A stretch of 64,000 nucleotides of DNA from an uncultured delta proteobacterium (GTDB lineage: Bacteria; Desulfobacterota; Binatia; UBA9968). The translations under genes were made by a program, and so were the position numbers. Positions 1 to 10,013 of this stretch are shown in pieces. Position 1 is the first letter of the stretch. The number at the start of each line of letters is the position of its first letter. The notes below the pieces were generated by a model, which ran no database searches, was not told where the DNA came from, and saw only the letters and a list, made by a program, of their open reading frames with translations. The stretch spans positions 128,001 through 192,000 of the forward strand of contig CAWDPO010000004.1 of the NCBI GenBank assembly GCA_963804165.1, given 5' to 3'.

Positions 1-303
1 TCTCCAATTAATCTGCATGCCTCTCATACGTTGGAGCGCGGCTACGAACTGGGGCCATACCGGTACGTTTCCAGATGACGCCGTCCTCGTGGTGAGTCCT
101 GAGCGGTTCGCGGTTCGGAGGCTTCCTCTCGACTCCCGTAGTAAATGTCAAACTTTGCGAGGCCCCCAGCAGAGCTGGGGGGTTTACCCACAATTAATTA
201 GATATCAAGCTTATCCGGAGCGTGTCTCGGCGAGTCGAGCTGACGACTTTATAGGTGTCGTCTCTAACAAAACGAAAGCGCAAACGAAATTGATGCTTCG
301 AAT

Positions 304-1248
304 TTAAGTTCCGATCATCGCCGTCATCGCTTCCACGGTTTTCTTCAGTCCCTGCTCCACCCCTACCTTCGGGGCATAGCCGAGAATGCTTCGAGCTAGC
401 TGAAGATCGGCCAGAGAATGCCGGACATCACCACTCCTAGCGGTCTCGTATCTAACCACGGCTTTAACGCCGAGTATCCGCTCCAGGGTCTGGATCAGAG
501 TATTTAAGCTCGTACGTTCACCATACGCCACATTGAAAACTTTTCCGGCGGCTCCCACAGCATGGAGCGCGGATAAATTGACCTGGACGACGTTGTCGAC
601 ATAGGTAAAGTCCCGCGACTGTTCACCATCACCGAACACAGTCAGTGGTTGACGCGCAAGAATGCGGCTGATGAATTTTGGGATAACTGCGGAATATTCG
701 GAATCGGGGTCCTGGCCCGGTCCAAACACATTAAAATAGCGGAGGCAGATTGTCTCCAACCCATACAGATCGTTGTACAGCTGGCAGTAGCGCTCGCCGA
801 CTAGTTTTTGCAGAGCATAAGGTGAGAGTGGATTGGGTGGCATATCTTCCCTCTTGGGTAGAATCTCTGTATCACCGTATGCGGAGGATGAAGCGGCGTA
901 AACCAATCTTCGAACGCTGAACTTGCGGCAACTTTCGAGAAGATTCAAAGTCGCTGTAATATTAGCGCGATTGCTCGTAACGGGGTCTAGGATAGAGCGC
1001 TGAACGGACGGAATAGCGGCTTGGTGAATTACAAAATCGACGCCGGCAACGACACGGTCGCAAACGAGTGGCTCGGCAATATCAGCCTCGACAAATTCGA
1101 TCGCCGAAATGACATCCGCCACACGCTGGAGATTGCCGGTGGAAAGATTATCAACGACACGTACTCGATCGCCGTCTTGGACTAAACGTCGAACAATGTG
1201 CGCCCCTATAAAGCCGGCTCCCCCGGTTACTAGAACATGACCAGACAT
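304..1248 (-). CDS. NAD-dependent nucleotide-sugar epimerase (extended SDR, WbpP/UDP-GlcNAc 4-epimerase-like)
   Basis: TGGAGFIG Rossmann motif, AASSSAYG, YALQK (YxxxK), LRYFNVFGP, GDGEQSRDFTYV. Confidence 0.9.
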   Translation of the reverse strand: MSGHVLVTGGAGFIGAHIVRRLVQDGDRVRVVDNLSTGNLQRVADVISAIEFVEADIAEPLVCDRVVAGVDFVIHQAAIPSVQRSILDPVTSNRANITATLNLLESCRKFSVRRLVYAASSSAYGDTEILPKREDMPPNPLSPYALQKLVGERYCQLYNDLYGLETICLRYFNVFGPGQDPDSEYSAVIPKFISRILARQPLTVFGDGEQSRDFTYVDNVVQVNLSALHAVGAAGKVFNVAYGERTSLNTLIQTLERILGVKAVVRYETARSGDVRHSLADLQLARSILGYAPKVGVEQGLKKTVEAMTAMIGT

Positions 1249-1709
1249 TGTTCACACACGTACATTCAAATAAGTCTCACAGAGATCACGTTAGTATGAT
1301 TACAAATCGGGATATTTTTTGTGTCAAATTTGGTATGCTCACTTCTCACAACCCGTTCTCGTTACCGAGAGAAATTTCGGCGCCACTGGAGGGATATATA
1401 CTCCCGTCGGAAGTTGTCACAATACAACATCACGCTTGCAATTCCAACGGTACGCGCTACGCGTTTTGGTTTTCAATTTGAAGGTTGATACCAATCAGAA
1501 ATTAGGACTTCGATTCCCGACCCAACAACGAGCTAGGACTCCTCTGCGCAACCTACACAGCTATTCCAGATCGCTGAGCCACTCAACCTGCCCGATTGCG
1601 TCCGGGTAAGCGCAAATAAACCACCAAAGTCTAGCCGTTGAGCTTCAATGAATTGTTCAACCCCTACGACAGTTGCCATTTTTATTAGTCTCGACCTAGT
1701 CACCGCCGC

Positions 1710-2639
1710 TTAGTTCTTGGCGGGTTGGTATTCTTTAACGAAATAAAGCGGCCGGTGTTTGGTTTCATCGAACATTCTGCCCAAATATTCGCCTAACACG
1801 CCGATGGTCGTCAGTTGGATGCCACCGAGAAACAAAATCACGACCATCAGCGAAGGATAACCGGCGACCGGGTCGCCATGCGCCAAGGTTTTGTAGATCA
1901 CCCACACCGCGTATACAAAAGCCGCAAAAGCAGTCGTAATCCCTAAGTACGTAGCAACTTTCAATGGAGCAATGGTAAACGATGTGAAACCTTCGAGCGC
2001 AAAGTTCCAAAGTCTCCAATAATTCCACTTGCTCTGGCCCGCTTGACGCGGGTCGCGCTGATAGGGTACTGCCTTTTGCGGAAACCCGATCCAGGCGTAA
2101 AGTCCTTTCATGAATCGGTGTTGCTCACGCAACTCTTTAAGTGCATCCAGAGCGCGCCGACTCAGCAAACGAAAGTCCCCGGTGTCGACCGGTATTTTGA
2201 TGCGCGTCGCCCCCTGTATCAGACGATAAAACAAAAAGGCACTCGTCTTCTTGAACGCCCCCTCTCCGGCTCGGCTGACGCGCTGGGCGTAAACGACGTC
2301 AAAGCCTTCGCGGTAGTGCTTGATAAATTCCGGTATCAGTTCAGGCGGATCCTGCAAATCAGCATCAATCACGATGACCGCGTCGCCTTCCGCATAGTCG
2401 AATCCGGCGGTCATGGCAATTTCCTTGCCGAAGTTCCGACTAAGATCGACGATGGCAACCCGGGTATCACCTTGGCGGAAAGTGTTTATGATCCCGAGAG
2501 TACGATCCAGGCTGCCATCGTTGACGTAAATAATTTTGGTCTCACAGTCGAGCTTGTCGAGCACCCTGCTCAAACGAGAGTGAAAGTCCGGCAAGACCTC
2601 TTCTTCGTTGTAGGTGGGCACGATAATTGAGAGAAGCAT
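1710..2639 (-). CDS. GT2 polyprenol-phosphate glycosyltransferase (GtrB/YkcC-like)
   Basis: SIIVPTYNEE, VNDGSLD, LSRNFGKE, IDADLQDPP, DTGDFRL and two C-terminal TM helices. Confidence 0.9.
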   Translation of the reverse strand: MLLSIIVPTYNEEEVLPDFHSRLSRVLDKLDCETKIIYVNDGSLDRTLGIINTFRQGDTRVAIVDLSRNFGKEIAMTAGFDYAEGDAVIVIDADLQDPPELIPEFIKHYREGFDVVYAQRVSRAGEGAFKKTSAFLFYRLIQGATRIKIPVDTGDFRLLSRRALDALKELREQHRFMKGLYAWIGFPQKAVPYQRDPRQAGQSKWNYWRLWNFALEGFTSFTIAPLKVATYLGITTAFAAFVYAVWVIYKTLAHGDPVAGYPSLMVVILFLGGIQLTTIGVLGEYLGRMFDETKHRPLYFVKEYQPAKN

Positions 2640-2684
2640 GCTAATCTCGTCTATTGACGACTTCCTTACTTCTTTCGCTGCACA

Positions 2685-3614
2685 CTAAAACCGAATATGT
2701 CCTTTTTTCTCCAAGTAATCTTTGAGCGCTTGTTGCCAGGTGGGTGGCGGTTTATGAAACAACTCCGGAGTCCTCTGGCTGATCAACGATGAATTAGCGG
2801 GACGGCGCGCTTTGGTGGGATATTCGTTGCCAAGAATGGGTTCCAAGCTCGCCTTAATACCGGTGAGCTTGAGAATCTGCCGGGCGAATTCACACCAGGT
2901 GCAAGCACCCCCGTTTGCCGCGTGTACTATGCCCGTCACATCGTCTTGAAGTAGCTGGCGCAAGACTTTGGCCGCGTCCCGTGTGTACGTCGGCGATATT
3001 CGGATATCGTCGACGATCTTAAGCGGATCTCCCATTTTTGCCTTCGTCAGTATCGTTTCAATAAAGTTTCCGCCTTTGCCACGCGATCCGGTTATGCCAA
3101 ACAGGCTCGCGACTCTGACGATCAACCAGCGCGGCGCGGTTTGGTGTACCAAGTTTTCACCGGCGAGTTTCGATGCTCCGTAAACGTTGATCGGATTCGT
3201 TTGATCCGACTCGACATAGGCACTTTCCTTCATTCCGTCGAATACGTAATCCGTACTAATATACACGCAGCGGGCATCAATTGTCGCACACGCACGCGCC
3301 ACATTGAATGCGCCAATAGCATTGACCTCAAATGCAAGGTTCGCTTGTTCTTCACAATCATCGACGCGAACAAAGGCTGCGCAATTGATGACGGTGTGGG
3401 GACGCAATTTCAGGACGACCCGACTTACCGCATCCGCTTTCGTGCAATCGGCGTCTTCGTGACTCAGAGGCACGACGTCAAAATTGGCCTCTTGCCGTAG
3501 GACTTCGACCAGGTCAGTTCCGAACTGGCCGGTGCTACCGAAAATCACGATTTTACGCTTCCTCCTTGCTGGCAAAATTCCGCCTCGTTCTCCATGCTGC
3601 AGGTTGCATGGCAT
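2685..3614 (-). CDS. rfbD: dTDP-4-dehydrorhamnose reductase (true start probably near 3556, after AGGAGG)
   Basis: GSTGQFG, VINCAAF, YISTDYVFDG, YGASKLAGE, RRPANSSL; sits in the rml cluster. Confidence 0.9.
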   Translation of the reverse strand: MPCNLQHGERGGILPARRKRKIVIFGSTGQFGTDLVEVLRQEANFDVVPLSHEDADCTKADAVSRVVLKLRPHTVINCAAFVRVDDCEEQANLAFEVNAIGAFNVARACATIDARCVYISTDYVFDGMKESAYVESDQTNPINVYGASKLAGENLVHQTAPRWLIVRVASLFGITGSRGKGGNFIETILTKAKMGDPLKIVDDIRISPTYTRDAAKVLRQLLQDDVTGIVHAANGGACTWCEFARQILKLTGIKASLEPILGNEYPTKARRPANSSLISQRTPELFHKPPPTWQQALKDYLEKKGHIRF

Positions 3615-3644
3615 CGCGCGCCAAGCGCTTCGAGTTCGTGCTTT

Positions 3645-4688
3645 CTAACCTCGTGCCCAATCCCGGGAATACACGGAATCATAGTACGTTCGATACTCGC
3701 CAGAGATCACATGATCCATCCAGTCCGCGTGATCCAGATACCAGTCCACGGTTTGTTTCAACGCAGCGGAAAAAACCATGCGTGGCTTCCAGCCAGTCTC
3801 AGAGGAAATCTTAGACGTGTCGATGGCGTAACGGCGATCGTGTCCCGGACGATCGGTGACGAAGCGGATGCGCTGCTTAAGCGTATTCAAGTCCATGCTC
3901 TTTCGTTCGGCTATAGCAGCACAGATCGATTCGACGACATCCAATTGGTACGCTCTTCGGCCGGTCCCAATGTTGTAAATCGAACCCACTTGTCCTTTTT
4001 CCAACACTGTAAGAATACCGCGGCAATTATCCTCAACGAAAAGCCAGTCGCGAACTTGTTTCCCGTCGCCATATACCGGAAATTCCAAGCCATTGAGACC
4101 GTTGCGCATGAGTAACGGGATGAGTTTTTCCGGAAACTGATACGGTCCATAGTTATTGGAGCTGCGGGTCACTAGGATCGGTAAACCATATGTGCGGCGA
4201 TATGAAGAACAGAGCAGGTCGGCAGCCGCCTTGGTCGCCGCGTAGGGACTGCTTGGACATAACTGTGAATCTTCCGTCGCCGGCTCCTTTCCCTCCTTAT
4301 CACCATAGACCTCGTCGGTGGAAATTTGCAGAAACCGCTCAACAGAGTGGGTCCGAATCGCATCGAGAAGCGATTGCACCCCGCCGATATTGGTTTGTAC
4401 GAAAGGAGAGGCGTCGAGAATGCTTCTATCGACGTGCGACTCGGCGGCGAAATTGACGATAGCCCAAGGTTTTTCCTTTTGGAGAATCCCTTCGACAAGC
4501 ATCCGGTCACAGATGTCTCCGTGCACGAAACGATGACGTTCAACGTCAATAGCAGCGACGTTTTCTAAGTTTCCCGCGTAAGTAAGTTTATCAAGATTGA
4601 TGACCCGCCAGTCCCTTTCGGCGTTCAGAAGCCTGACAAAGTTACTCCCGATAAATCCACAACCGCCCGTCACTAACAGGGTTTTCAT
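3645..4688 (-). CDS. rfbB: dTDP-glucose 4,6-dehydratase
   Basis: TGGCGFIGSNF, DKLTYAGN, FAAESHVDRS, STDEVYG, NNYGPYQFPEKLIP, DRPGHDRRY. Confidence 0.95.
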   Translation of the reverse strand: MKTLLVTGGCGFIGSNFVRLLNAERDWRVINLDKLTYAGNLENVAAIDVERHRFVHGDICDRMLVEGILQKEKPWAIVNFAAESHVDRSILDASPFVQTNIGGVQSLLDAIRTHSVERFLQISTDEVYGDKEGKEPATEDSQLCPSSPYAATKAAADLLCSSYRRTYGLPILVTRSSNNYGPYQFPEKLIPLLMRNGLNGLEFPVYGDGKQVRDWLFVEDNCRGILTVLEKGQVGSIYNIGTGRRAYQLDVVESICAAIAERKSMDLNTLKQRIRFVTDRPGHDRRYAIDTSKISSETGWKPRMVFSAALKQTVDWYLDHADWMDHVISGEYRTYYDSVYSRDWARG

Positions 4689-4856
4689 CTAACGGTTACC
4701 TCTTCAGAAAGCCTTTCAAAGCCCGCCCCGATAGCTCCGGGCGCTTAAAGTACCGCCGAGTGGGAGCCGCATATCATATAATCCGTTCACCGCTCGAATT
4801 TCAGGTTTAGGATACCGTCACGCGGATCACGGCTTTCAAACTCCCAACGGACTGCG

Positions 4857-5423
4857 TTAGGTTGTGCCATCGTAACGAAAGTTATTGTCTGCCCATTTTA
4901 GCGGTGGCCATGCAAGGTCTCGCGGTGCTAGCTGTGGCTCTGCCAACGGCCACTCAATGCCTAATTCAGGATCGTTCCACAGCACCCCCGCTTCATGTTT
5001 TGGTGCGTATTCCTCCGTCGACATGTACAAGATCTCCGCTTCCTCACTGGTTACGCAAAATCCATGCGCGAAACCCGCAGGTACGTACAGCATTCTCTTG
5101 TTTTTCTCCGAAAGCATTACCGCAATCCATTTCCCGTAGGTGGGCCCGCCCTGCCGCAAGTCGACGACAACATCGTAGATCTCACCCGAAAGCGCCCGCA
5201 CGAGCTTGCATTGGGCTTTCGGATGTTTCTGATAGTGCAATCCACGGAGGATTCCTTTTGAAGATTTCGAATGGTTGCTTTGCACGAACGTCCCCGAGAC
5301 CCCGTGCGCCGCAAATTCGGAACGCTTGTAAGTTTCCATGAAAAAACCTCGCTGGTCTGGAAAAACCCGAGGATCAATCACGATGACTTCAGGGATCTCG
5401 GTGGGACTGAAGCAGAAAGGCAT
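4857..5423 (-). CDS. rfbC: dTDP-4-dehydrorhamnose 3,5-epimerase
   Basis: DQRGFFMETY, SKGILRGLHYQ, DVVVDLR, YVPAGFAHGF, WNDPELGIEWP. Confidence 0.95.
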   Translation of the reverse strand: MPFCFSPTEIPEVIVIDPRVFPDQRGFFMETYKRSEFAAHGVSGTFVQSNHSKSSKGILRGLHYQKHPKAQCKLVRALSGEIYDVVVDLRQGGPTYGKWIAVMLSEKNKRMLYVPAGFAHGFCVTSEEAEILYMSTEEYAPKHEAGVLWNDPELGIEWPLAEPQLAPRDLAWPPLKWADNNFRYDGTT

Positions 5424-6502
5424 TACAGTAAGACTTCGGAATCGTCGCCGATCATAAGCCGATAGGCTTGATGAATTGCGTGATTTCTGAGGACGACAGA
5501 ATTTTTCCCGATTAGACTGTCTTCCAGGCGATCGACCTGCTCAATTCGTGCATTTTCCAGTAAGACGCAATGCTCCAGGACAGACGACATGATTTGGCAA
5601 CCGTTTCCAATCGATGTAAATGGTCCTACAAAGGAATTTTCAACGAGCACGTTTTCGCCGATCACGGCGGGACCGCGAACCGTGCTATTAACAACGCGGC
5701 TACCGCGCCCCAACTGCACACGGCCCGTGACTTGACTTTGCGCGTCGACTTCTCCGTCAATGCGCCTTTTTACCCATTCGTCCAGTACCACGGTGTTGGC
5801 GGTAAGCAAATCGTCTTTCTTTCCTGTATCCAACCACCAAGCATCAATGCGGTCGCTCAAGACTTTACCCCCGGCGTCGAGCAGCGCTTGAATCGCGTCC
5901 GTGATTTCGAGCTCGCCGCGCCATGAGGGCGAGATTACGTTAATCGCCTTATGAATCTGGCCAGTGAAAAAGTAAATACCGACCAAGGCTAAGTTGGATT
6001 TTGGCTCTTTAGGTTTTTCAACTAAACGAACGACCCTTTGGTCGTGATCAACCTCCGCGATTCCGAAACTCGAAGGATTCTCGACTTCCTTGAGCAAGAT
6101 CGAAGCGTCGGCTCCGGATAATTCGAATTTCTCCCGATATCGTCTGATCCCGGACCCTATTAGATTGTCACCGAGATACATGACAAAGGAATCAGATTCC
6201 AGGTACGGCTGTGCAACCTTGACCGCGTGAGCGAGACCAAGAGGTTCGTTTTGGAGTATGTAATCAACCCTCAATCCCCAGAGCCGACCTACACCCACAG
6301 CCTCCCGCACGGCGTTGCCTGTCTCCGGCGAGATCACGATTCCCACTTCTTCAATGCCGGCATTTTTGAGGTTGTCCAATACGTGAAATAAAATAGGGCG
6401 ATTCCCCACTGGCACAAGCTGCTTCGCGGCGGTGTGGGTAAGAGGTCGCAGCCTTGTGCCTCGACCTCCGCTTAAGATCAGTCCTTTCATTTTCACGTCC
6501 AT
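5423..6502 (-). CDS. rfbA: glucose-1-phosphate thymidylyltransferase, long form with C-terminal left-handed beta-helix
   Basis: LILSGGRGTRLRPLT, KQLVPV, MYLGDN, PSWRGELEITDA, WWLDTGK plus hexapeptide-like tail. Confidence 0.93.
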   Translation of the reverse strand: MDVKMKGLILSGGRGTRLRPLTHTAAKQLVPVGNRPILFHVLDNLKNAGIEEVGIVISPETGNAVREAVGVGRLWGLRVDYILQNEPLGLAHAVKVAQPYLESDSFVMYLGDNLIGSGIRRYREKFELSGADASILLKEVENPSSFGIAEVDHDQRVVRLVEKPKEPKSNLALVGIYFFTGQIHKAINVISPSWRGELEITDAIQALLDAGGKVLSDRIDAWWLDTGKKDDLLTANTVVLDEWVKRRIDGEVDAQSQVTGRVQLGRGSRVVNSTVRGPAVIGENVLVENSFVGPFTSIGNGCQIMSSVLEHCVLLENARIEQVDRLEDSLIGKNSVVLRNHAIHQAYRLMIGDDSEVLL

Positions 6503-7141
6503 AAACGCAGAGCTCAGTAAGAGCTGGACAAGGCCGTTCCTAAAGAATCGCCGATTGGAGACCGATGGTGTGAGGCAAATTTCATAGGTGCAGGACCCGC
6601 CATACCAGTCTCACTCGCCCAGTAAACCTACGGGCATGATAGCCGTATCAAGTTGAATTGCGCAATGGTTATCACTCGTGGATTTGGCTATTATTTGCGT
6701 CAGCGGCGGAAGAACATCACGACGGGAGTCAAGCGAAAGCGTATCGGGATTAGGAGCGATTTGAGATCCTCCGATTTACCAGATCAGAACCGTCCACCAA
6801 TACACAAGAAGTTTCTGACTTAGCGCGGCAAAGTTTCAATGGACGAAGCACGCCATAAAATTGCATTACGGTGGCGGGATCAATATTGTTCACAGTGATG
6901 TACGCTGGTTGGCAAAAACAACACGATCCATAGCGAGGCGAGGATTATACACCACGAATGAGACGGAGTGACACTAGATACCTACGCTCAAATTAGCAGG
7001 GACGGCCGCTCAAAAGCCGGGGCATTGTTGGTCTCAATTCAAACACTCCAAATAACGCAAGATGATCGAAGGTCCTAAGGTAGTACGGAGCTCACCGAGA
7101 ACCAAGGACCGTCGAATCCGGCAAAATTCGAAACATAATTC

Positions 7142-8086
7142 CTAATGACGCTCCGGGCTTGAATAATAGTAGTAATCCTTTGAACCGAGATCGACGTCGG
7201 CTCCGTTTAAAACGATTCCCAAAATTTTGTTAGAATTTAGAGATCTCAACGCCTTAGCAACATAGTCTTTCGGAGTCTTGCCGGCACGGATGACCATAAT
7301 AACACCATCCACTTGCTTACTCAGAAGCAAAGGATCGGGAGCCGCGAGAACGGGTGGTGAATCAATGAGAATCATATCCCCTGGCATGTTCTTCCGAATA
7401 TCGTCAATCATCCGCCGGATTCGTTCTTTCCCGAGCAATCCCGAAGTGGAACGCGACGGTTTCCCGGCGGGAATAATTCGCAAGCCAGCAAGATGCGTCT
7501 CCCGGATCAGACTCTCAATTCCTATTGGCGATTTTGCACCAAGGTAGTCTGCAAGTCCTGGAGATAGACTTTCATTGAAGTATCGATGGACAATCGGCGC
7601 CCGTAAATCGGTATCGATCAGGAGAACTTTCTCCTCGTCCTCCATGGCAATTGCTGCGGCCAAGTTCACAGCGACCGTGGTTTTCCCGTCACGTTTACCC
7701 GGGCTGGTAATGGCAATCGTCCGAATACCCGATTCGGTGCGTAGCCGTTTGAGCTGTTTTCGGAGAATCATGTACTGTTCTAAAGCCGGCGACTCCTCGT
7801 CCAAAGCGACAATCGGATGTGTTGTATATCGCCGTAAATCCCAACCAGAAACCAATTCTGTTAACCTGTCTCGCCATGACTTGCGGGTGAATGTTGGCCT
7901 TAGTAAGGGCGCCGAAATCTCATGATTTGCGCCATGACGACCCGTGGAGGGCTTTGGGTTAGACGACACACCACCTATTAGCGCAACATCCTCCCCGACT
8001 TTGTAATCCTGATCTTTTGTGAATTTCTCCGGCTGCCGTTCGCGTTCTTGATTAGCTTTAGTTAATGCTTCAAACACTCTGCTCAT
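7142..8086 (-). CDS. CpsD/CapB-family bacterial tyrosine kinase (EPS chain-length regulation)
   Basis: MSRVFEAL start, ITSPGKRDGKTT Walker A, LIDTDLR, LIDSPP, C-terminal YYYY cluster. Confidence 0.88.
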   Translation of the reverse strand: MSRVFEALTKANQERERQPEKFTKDQDYKVGEDVALIGGVSSNPKPSTGRHGANHEISAPLLRPTFTRKSWRDRLTELVSGWDLRRYTTHPIVALDEESPALEQYMILRKQLKRLRTESGIRTIAITSPGKRDGKTTVAVNLAAAIAMEDEEKVLLIDTDLRAPIVHRYFNESLSPGLADYLGAKSPIGIESLIRETHLAGLRIIPAGKPSRSTSGLLGKERIRRMIDDIRKNMPGDMILIDSPPVLAAPDPLLLSKQVDGVIMVIRAGKTPKDYVAKALRSLNSNKILGIVLNGADVDLGSKDYYYYSSPERH

Positions 8087-8264
8087 GCGTCGATCTCCAC
8101 ACCATCTAAACCTTCAACCTCTAGAATCACGACGTCAGTCGATGCACTTCGCATTTCTTGAAAGGAATGACGACGGGGTGACGAACCGCCCGCAAAACAC
8201 CATCTTGCATCAGCCTCACCTCTCGAGCCAAAGTGACATTCAGTGAGTAATAATATCAAGCCCT

Positions 8265-9521
8265 TTATTGACCCCTTATCCGTTCGGACATGCTGTGGCG
8301 AAATCGTTCCCTGATCGATTCATCGAAAATTTCGTGGCTTACGGATTCGATTAATCCACCAATTTTCTCTCGAGGGAAACGGTCCAAGGTATATCCCAGA
8401 AGCTTCGTATGCTCCGACAAAACGATGTGGGCCATAGGACCCATCGCGTCGACGAGCGCTTCACGCAAAGTGGCGAGAAATTTTTCGGAAATAACGCCGA
8501 AATTGAGTATTCCGTTGGCATGATCGGCGACCGCCATACTGCGATTACCCTTGACCAATTGCACCGCCTGCGGCTTAACTATTTCAGTTCGCGTCGAACC
8601 GCGGGGTTCAACCCGTGATGCACTGTCTCGTCGAATTGCTGGTAATCGAGTTACCGTCCCGGATAGGCTGAGATCATCGGCCACTTCTTGAACGAGTGCC
8701 AATTCAATCTCTTTTTTGTCTAGCGCATAGGCATTAATCATCGCATTGTCGCAAATCACATTAATCAGACGCGGAATCCCGCCGGAATATTGATGAATTC
8801 CTTCAATCGCTTTCGCTCCGAACAGAATCGGATTTCCGCCGGCATGTTTCAAGCGATTGGTGATATATTCTTGGCATTCGCTAAGCGCAAGGGGGCGGAG
8901 ATGGTGCCGCAGCGTGACCCGCTGCTTTAATTGCCGCAGTTGCGGAGCATTCAATCGCTCGTTTAGTTCCGGCTGTCCAACAAGCAAAATCTGCAAAAGC
9001 TTGTCTTTCGTGGTTTCAAAATTTGAAAGCTGTCGAATACTCTCCAAGACTTCAGCCGACAGGTTCTGCGCCTCATCGATAATGAGCGCCGCATTCTCCC
9101 CGTCACGATACTTCACCAATAAGAACTCATTCAGCAGGCAAATATAATCGTGCAATTCTTTTACTTCTTGCAGGGGTTCAATGAGTTTGAACTCTTCACA
9201 AACATATCGAAGGAGATCGAGCGGGCTCGTGATGGCGCTGAAAATCAATGCTGATTGAGTGCCCTCGCCGAGACGACTGAGTAGCGTTTGGATCAGGGTC
9301 GTCTTTCCTGTCCCAACCTCGCCTGTCAACACGATAAAGCCGCGGCGTGCGTTGATGCCGTAGGTTAGCTGCGCTAGGCCCTCCTGATGGCTTGCGCTAA
9401 GGTAGAGGAAACTGGGATCTGGAGTGATATTGAAAGGCGCTTCGCTAAGGCCGAAATATGAATTGTAGATAGGGACCATGTATGCTCTCTTAAAACAACC
9501 GCGCCACAAACAAGCGATCAA
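8265..9521 (-). CDS. ExeA/GspA-family AAA ATPase (EPS/PEP-CTERM-locus type) with extra C-terminal helical domain; start probably ~9479
   Basis: YFGLSEAPFNITPDPSFLY, GEVGTGKTT, LIIDEAQNL, LVGQPEL, SGGIPRLINVICD. Confidence 0.88.
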   Translation of the reverse strand: MIACLWRGCFKRAYMVPIYNSYFGLSEAPFNITPDPSFLYLSASHQEGLAQLTYGINARRGFIVLTGEVGTGKTTLIQTLLSRLGEGTQSALIFSAITSPLDLLRYVCEEFKLIEPLQEVKELHDYICLLNEFLLVKYRDGENAALIIDEAQNLSAEVLESIRQLSNFETTKDKLLQILLVGQPELNERLNAPQLRQLKQRVTLRHHLRPLALSECQEYITNRLKHAGGNPILFGAKAIEGIHQYSGGIPRLINVICDNAMINAYALDKKEIELALVQEVADDLSLSGTVTRLPAIRRDSASRVEPRGSTRTEIVKPQAVQLVKGNRSMAVADHANGILNFGVISEKFLATLREALVDAMGPMAHIVLSEHTKLLGYTLDRFPREKIGGLIESVSHEIFDESIRERFRHSMSERIRGQ

Positions 9522-10013
9522 CTAGTGCACTCCGAGACGATGTCCCGCGTATTGCTCGATCGCGACGACGTTCAAGTACCGTTCCCCTGAAAACAATTGA
9601 GGCTAGATTCAAGAAGACAGCCATAAACAACGCTCACCGCATCCCGCCTGTATTTGAAACCAAGTCAAAAACCCGAAGGGAAAGCCGCCGCAAGACCTAC
9701 AACGAATCGGGCAATCAATCCCGAGAAAGCATGAACCGCGGATTTCGTATGCCCTGCAAAAGAAATCGGTTCGCCCGATTCATTGCCTAAGACGGCTCCC
9801 CATTCGGTATTCATTTCCACTTCTCCGAGCATTGGCATGTCAAGGCCCTTGCTGACAGATCCTGGCATTCATTGTACATTATGCATAACTTTCCGAGACT
9901 TAAACCCGTGCTCTAGGGTATTCACGACCCGACTTTGAGGAAACGGCGAAGCTTCCGTGACCCGACCTTAGAGGGAACGCAAAACTAATACCAGTGCAAC
10001 GCGGCGGGTGTAC

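Noticed and set aside
3940-3970. Unusual GRRAYQ segment in RfbB
   Set aside because: The expected EERTN is present in the neighbouring frame, which points to compensating indel errors.
6503-7141. Long intergenic region that could hide an ncRNA or ops/JUMPstart element
   Set aside because: I could not identify a recognisable motif, stable structure or ORF by eye.
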